Source: a bacterium (GTDB taxonomy: Bacteria; Bacteroidota; Ignavibacteria; UBA10030). Taken from it: a DNA stretch of 37,943 nt. Numbering within the stretch: the stretch's first letter is position 1; every line of letters begins with the position of its first letter. This document shows, piece after piece, positions 35,403-37,943 of this stretch. The notes beneath the pieces are model-generated. The model was not told the DNA's origin and did not search any database. It saw nothing but the letters and a program-made list of their open reading frames with translations. A program made the translations under genes and the position numbers. The stretch is taken from positions 1-37,943 of the forward strand of contig JAZDJN010000055.1 in the NCBI GenBank assembly GCA_043803945.1, read 5' to 3'.

Positions 35403-36683
35403 TTATTCAGTAGTTAAATGTAGAATCGGCGAACGCTCGCGCACACCATTTTCAAGAGCATAAAATGATGCATTGATAGCACCGAGTGGAAGGAGTGCTA
35501 TACCTTTGGTCGTACCCGCAATTAATCGTTGGAGAACCGGTTTGGGAATGACAGCGAAGTTTTTACCGCCGCGCGATTCACTCACATCGAGATCGATTAT
35601 CATCTGGGAATTAAAGACTCGCGAAATCGATTGTCTCTGGCAAAACGAAAAGTAAGTAACCTTGCTCTGATTCCATGCAGAATCGCCACTGAGGATTTCC
35701 ACGATTCTGATCATCCCAAAATTCTTTTGTTCCGGCAAGAGCCGTTGGAGAGAATATGTAGTAAGCTCCAGCACACCTTGCCCAGTGGCAGACATTCCGG
35801 CAACACTGCTCAGGTCCCAACGAAGTATCACAGCCTGTGTTCCGCCAACGGTGAGAAGAGGTTCTGCCCCGGTTTCATCGCGGGCACACCAGTTGTTGAA
35901 ATTCAGATCCGGAAAATGCGAATCGATCATCCCATCGTGGGCAACAGGAATGTGCTGTGTAAAAGATGCAGGCTCCGGTACCGGCGGGTGATATGGTACT
36001 TGCACACCTTTATCAGCTCCGGCAGAATCGGTATCGACAATGTCGACTCTAACATAATCAATATCAAGTCGGTATGATTCCAACCCCCAATCCATTAAGG
36101 CAAGTTGGCTATAGATAGTATCTCCCGGCAGAGCATCGAATCCCTTCGTTGTCATGCTCACGGTGTGCCATTGAACGGTATCAGGAAGATCGAACTCCAT
36201 AAGATGCGAGTGATAATCTTTTGTGCTTTGAGTGTTAAGATGGAGATTGATCCGGCGCGGTGCATGACTCGTCTTGACCCGCGCTTCGATGCGGAGTGCA
36301 TATCGAGGATTTTTCAATCGTTGAAGGTCCATTCCCCCGGAAACTTGCCGCCGTATCAACGCCCACCAGACATTCCTGATATCGCTCCTCGCATCGACCG
36401 TGATTGTTGCATACCCTTTCCCCGAGTGGAATAATATCATTCCAGCAGCCCCATCGCCGGTATAGTATGTCCATCCGTTGACGCCGCTTGGATCGTAGTT
36501 GAGTCTATCGCTTGTGAATTCATCGATAAATTGAGCAGAGGTGGGGAATACTACAAACATCGCTGACAACATAATAAAAAGGAAAGAGACACTACGCTTC
36601 AGTACCAGCAGAGTTAGAAGTCGTAATTGAAACAATACTCGCTCGACTAAAGATTTCGTTGAGCAATCCTTCATCGTCATCAT
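35403..36683 (-). CDS. secreted hypothetical protein; CBM-like N-terminal sandwich and DNRLRE/CBM96-like C-terminal domain
   Basis: Hydrophobic signal ending PTSA-QF; C-terminal pattern DGMID..PDLNF, ILRWDLS, WNQSKVTY, GIAL, FYALE..PIL. Exact start uncertain. Confidence 0.6.
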   Translation of the reverse strand: MMTMKDCSTKSLVERVLFQLRLLTLLVLKRSVSFLFIMLSAMFVVFPTSAQFIDEFTSDRLNYDPSGVNGWTYYTGDGAAGMILFHSGKGYATITVDARSDIRNVWWALIRRQVSGGMDLQRLKNPRYALRIEARVKTSHAPRRINLHLNTQSTKDYHSHLMEFDLPDTVQWHTVSMTTKGFDALPGDTIYSQLALMDWGLESYRLDIDYVRVDIVDTDSAGADKGVQVPYHPPVPEPASFTQHIPVAHDGMIDSHFPDLNFNNWCARDETGAEPLLTVGGTQAVILRWDLSSVAGMSATGQGVLELTTYSLQRLLPEQKNFGMIRIVEILSGDSAWNQSKVTYFSFCQRQSISRVFNSQMIIDLDVSESRGGKNFAVIPKPVLQRLIAGTTKGIALLPLGAINASFYALENGVRERSPILHLTTE

Positions 36684-36718
36684 TTGCTTTGGTGTTGAAT
36701 CCCGCTTGATATTCTTGT

Positions 36719-37780
36719 TTATACCAGTTCGTTGTCTGCCACTTCCATAAGGATAAAAAAGACCTGCCCCTCCGTGGCCGTTCCCGGATGATCAAATTCC
36801 GGTGAACCGCACACACCCTGAACCAAGCCAAGGTTATCCACTTTGGAGTGGGCGGCAGCCCGCATCCTGTCGGCTTTCTCTCTGTAGCTTCTATCCAACC
36901 ATCCTCCCTTTATACCCCGGTAGACAGAGTATGCAATCATCTGCGAGAGATTCGTTTCAATAAACGACTTCGGATCGTCAACAATGTTATGAAAGAGTCC
37001 GTCCTGGCGGAGATGCACAAGACATCCATCGATGATCTCACGAAGATACACAATCAATTTGTTGCGTTCATTTTGCATCGTGACTGGCAGCATCCGGATG
37101 ACCCTTGTGATACCCGCCGCTGACCATCCATTGCCAACACCCCAGCATGCTTTCCGGGCAAAGTCTTTTTTTTCACAATCCCACATATGGGATAACAGTT
37201 GCTTATCGCTGTTCCACAGATATCTCCGCGCACCGTCGATCTGTCGTATTGCTTCCTCAAATTTTCCGGCAGCAGCCAGAAACGGTGGGAGCATAAAGAT
37301 GATATCGCTCCAAATCTGTGGCATATTTGTAAAATGATAGATGATCCCCTCTTTATCCCGGGGTGCTTTGGTTAGAATGTACTCCAACAATTTTTGAAAA
37401 CCATTCATCAGAGTTTGGTCACCGGTCCTATTGGCGGCCCAGAGAACCGCTTCGCCCGGTGAACAGGCATCGCTGAGTGCGAATTCTTCCCCGAGCATGG
37501 CAAGGCGCCCGTCTTTCGATTGACGCAGTACAGCGTCCTTCGCCATAAGGATTACCAGGTCTGTCTCTCCAAGTTCCAGCATCGCCTGCATCGCAACACC
37601 CTGTTCCCAGGTTGCCCGCTGCATCGAGAGCATCGCCAGCTTAACCTTCTCTATTATAGGGGAACGTGCAAGTGAAAAAGGTTGGGAAGATCGATCGCCC
37701 TTGCATCCGAGGAGGACGGTCGAACCTGCTATTGTCAAACCTGTCAGTGGTAGACCTCTAAGAAAATTTCTTCTCTCCAT
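36719..37780 (-). CDS. GH105/GH88-family unsaturated glycuronyl hydrolase with Tat signal
   Basis: ERRNFL Tat motif and LLGC lipobox, WEQG, QIWSDIIFM, H.W, WGVGNGW, DGLFH, ETNLS, EGQ. Confidence 0.85.
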   Translation of the reverse strand: MERRNFLRGLPLTGLTIAGSTVLLGCKGDRSSQPFSLARSPIIEKVKLAMLSMQRATWEQGVAMQAMLELGETDLVILMAKDAVLRQSKDGRLAMLGEEFALSDACSPGEAVLWAANRTGDQTLMNGFQKLLEYILTKAPRDKEGIIYHFTNMPQIWSDIIFMLPPFLAAAGKFEEAIRQIDGARRYLWNSDKQLLSHMWDCEKKDFARKACWGVGNGWSAAGITRVIRMLPVTMQNERNKLIVYLREIIDGCLVHLRQDGLFHNIVDDPKSFIETNLSQMIAYSVYRGIKGGWLDRSYREKADRMRAAAHSKVDNLGLVQGVCGSPEFDHPGTATEGQVFFILMEVADNELV

Positions 37781-37943
37781 GGATGATTTCCTTTAATCGG
37801 AGGTTAGCCCAAGTTCGACAGTTGTGAAGAAAAAACGATGATTCTGAGCTATAAGAGGCAAAAGGTGTCAAAAGTTTACACTACAATTTGAGTTTCATTT
37901 CAAGCCTGGAAGGGGGTTTGAGATTTAGTTTGTGCAATAGAAT

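Noticed and set aside
1-37943. CRISPR array, tRNA/rRNA, integrase or prophage genes
   Set aside because: No repeat-spacer periodicity, no cloverleaf or rRNA signatures and no mobility genes seen by eye.

Overview
Bacterial chromosomal window. Gene content and order, plus Shine-Dalgarno use, resemble Ignavibacteria/Chlorobi-like Bacteroidota; this is inference only. No rRNA, tRNA, CRISPR array or transposase was seen. Left to right: (1) a divergent sigma54-type promoter region driving a truncated secreted-protein gene (left edge) and a sensor-less, G1-box-degenerate histidine kinase plus an NtrC-type activator, convergent with a 7TM-PAS-PAS-GAF HisKA_3 kinase/NarL pair; (2) efp-accB-accC-gcvH, where EF-P has Asn at the normally modified loop tip; (3) an OFA-type MFS transporter, a ketose 3-epimerase-family enzyme and an HldE-like kinase-HAD fusion; (4) a Cys/Met PLP lyase; (5) a long minus-strand housekeeping run psd-pssA-purS-purQ-tatA-gatA-sucD-herA-ndk-NUDIX-namZ containing a partnerless HerA ATPase; (6) a C45 Ntn-hydrolase that lacks its alpha-subunit; (7) a minus-strand carbohydrate locus: Tat-exported GH105/88, a DNRLRE-like secreted protein, an orphan membrane-anchored sugar-binding protein, an atypical histidine kinase, a sigma54 activator, XylE and a large unclassified glycoside hydrolase with an apparently circularly permuted malectin insert. 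The best candidate for an undescribed system is that SBP-HK-sigma54 three-component sugar-sensing locus. It is tied to a recurring non-canonical sigma54 promoter form (GG-N8-TTGAA) seen three times in the window. All assignments are by visual motif recognition; no searches were run.
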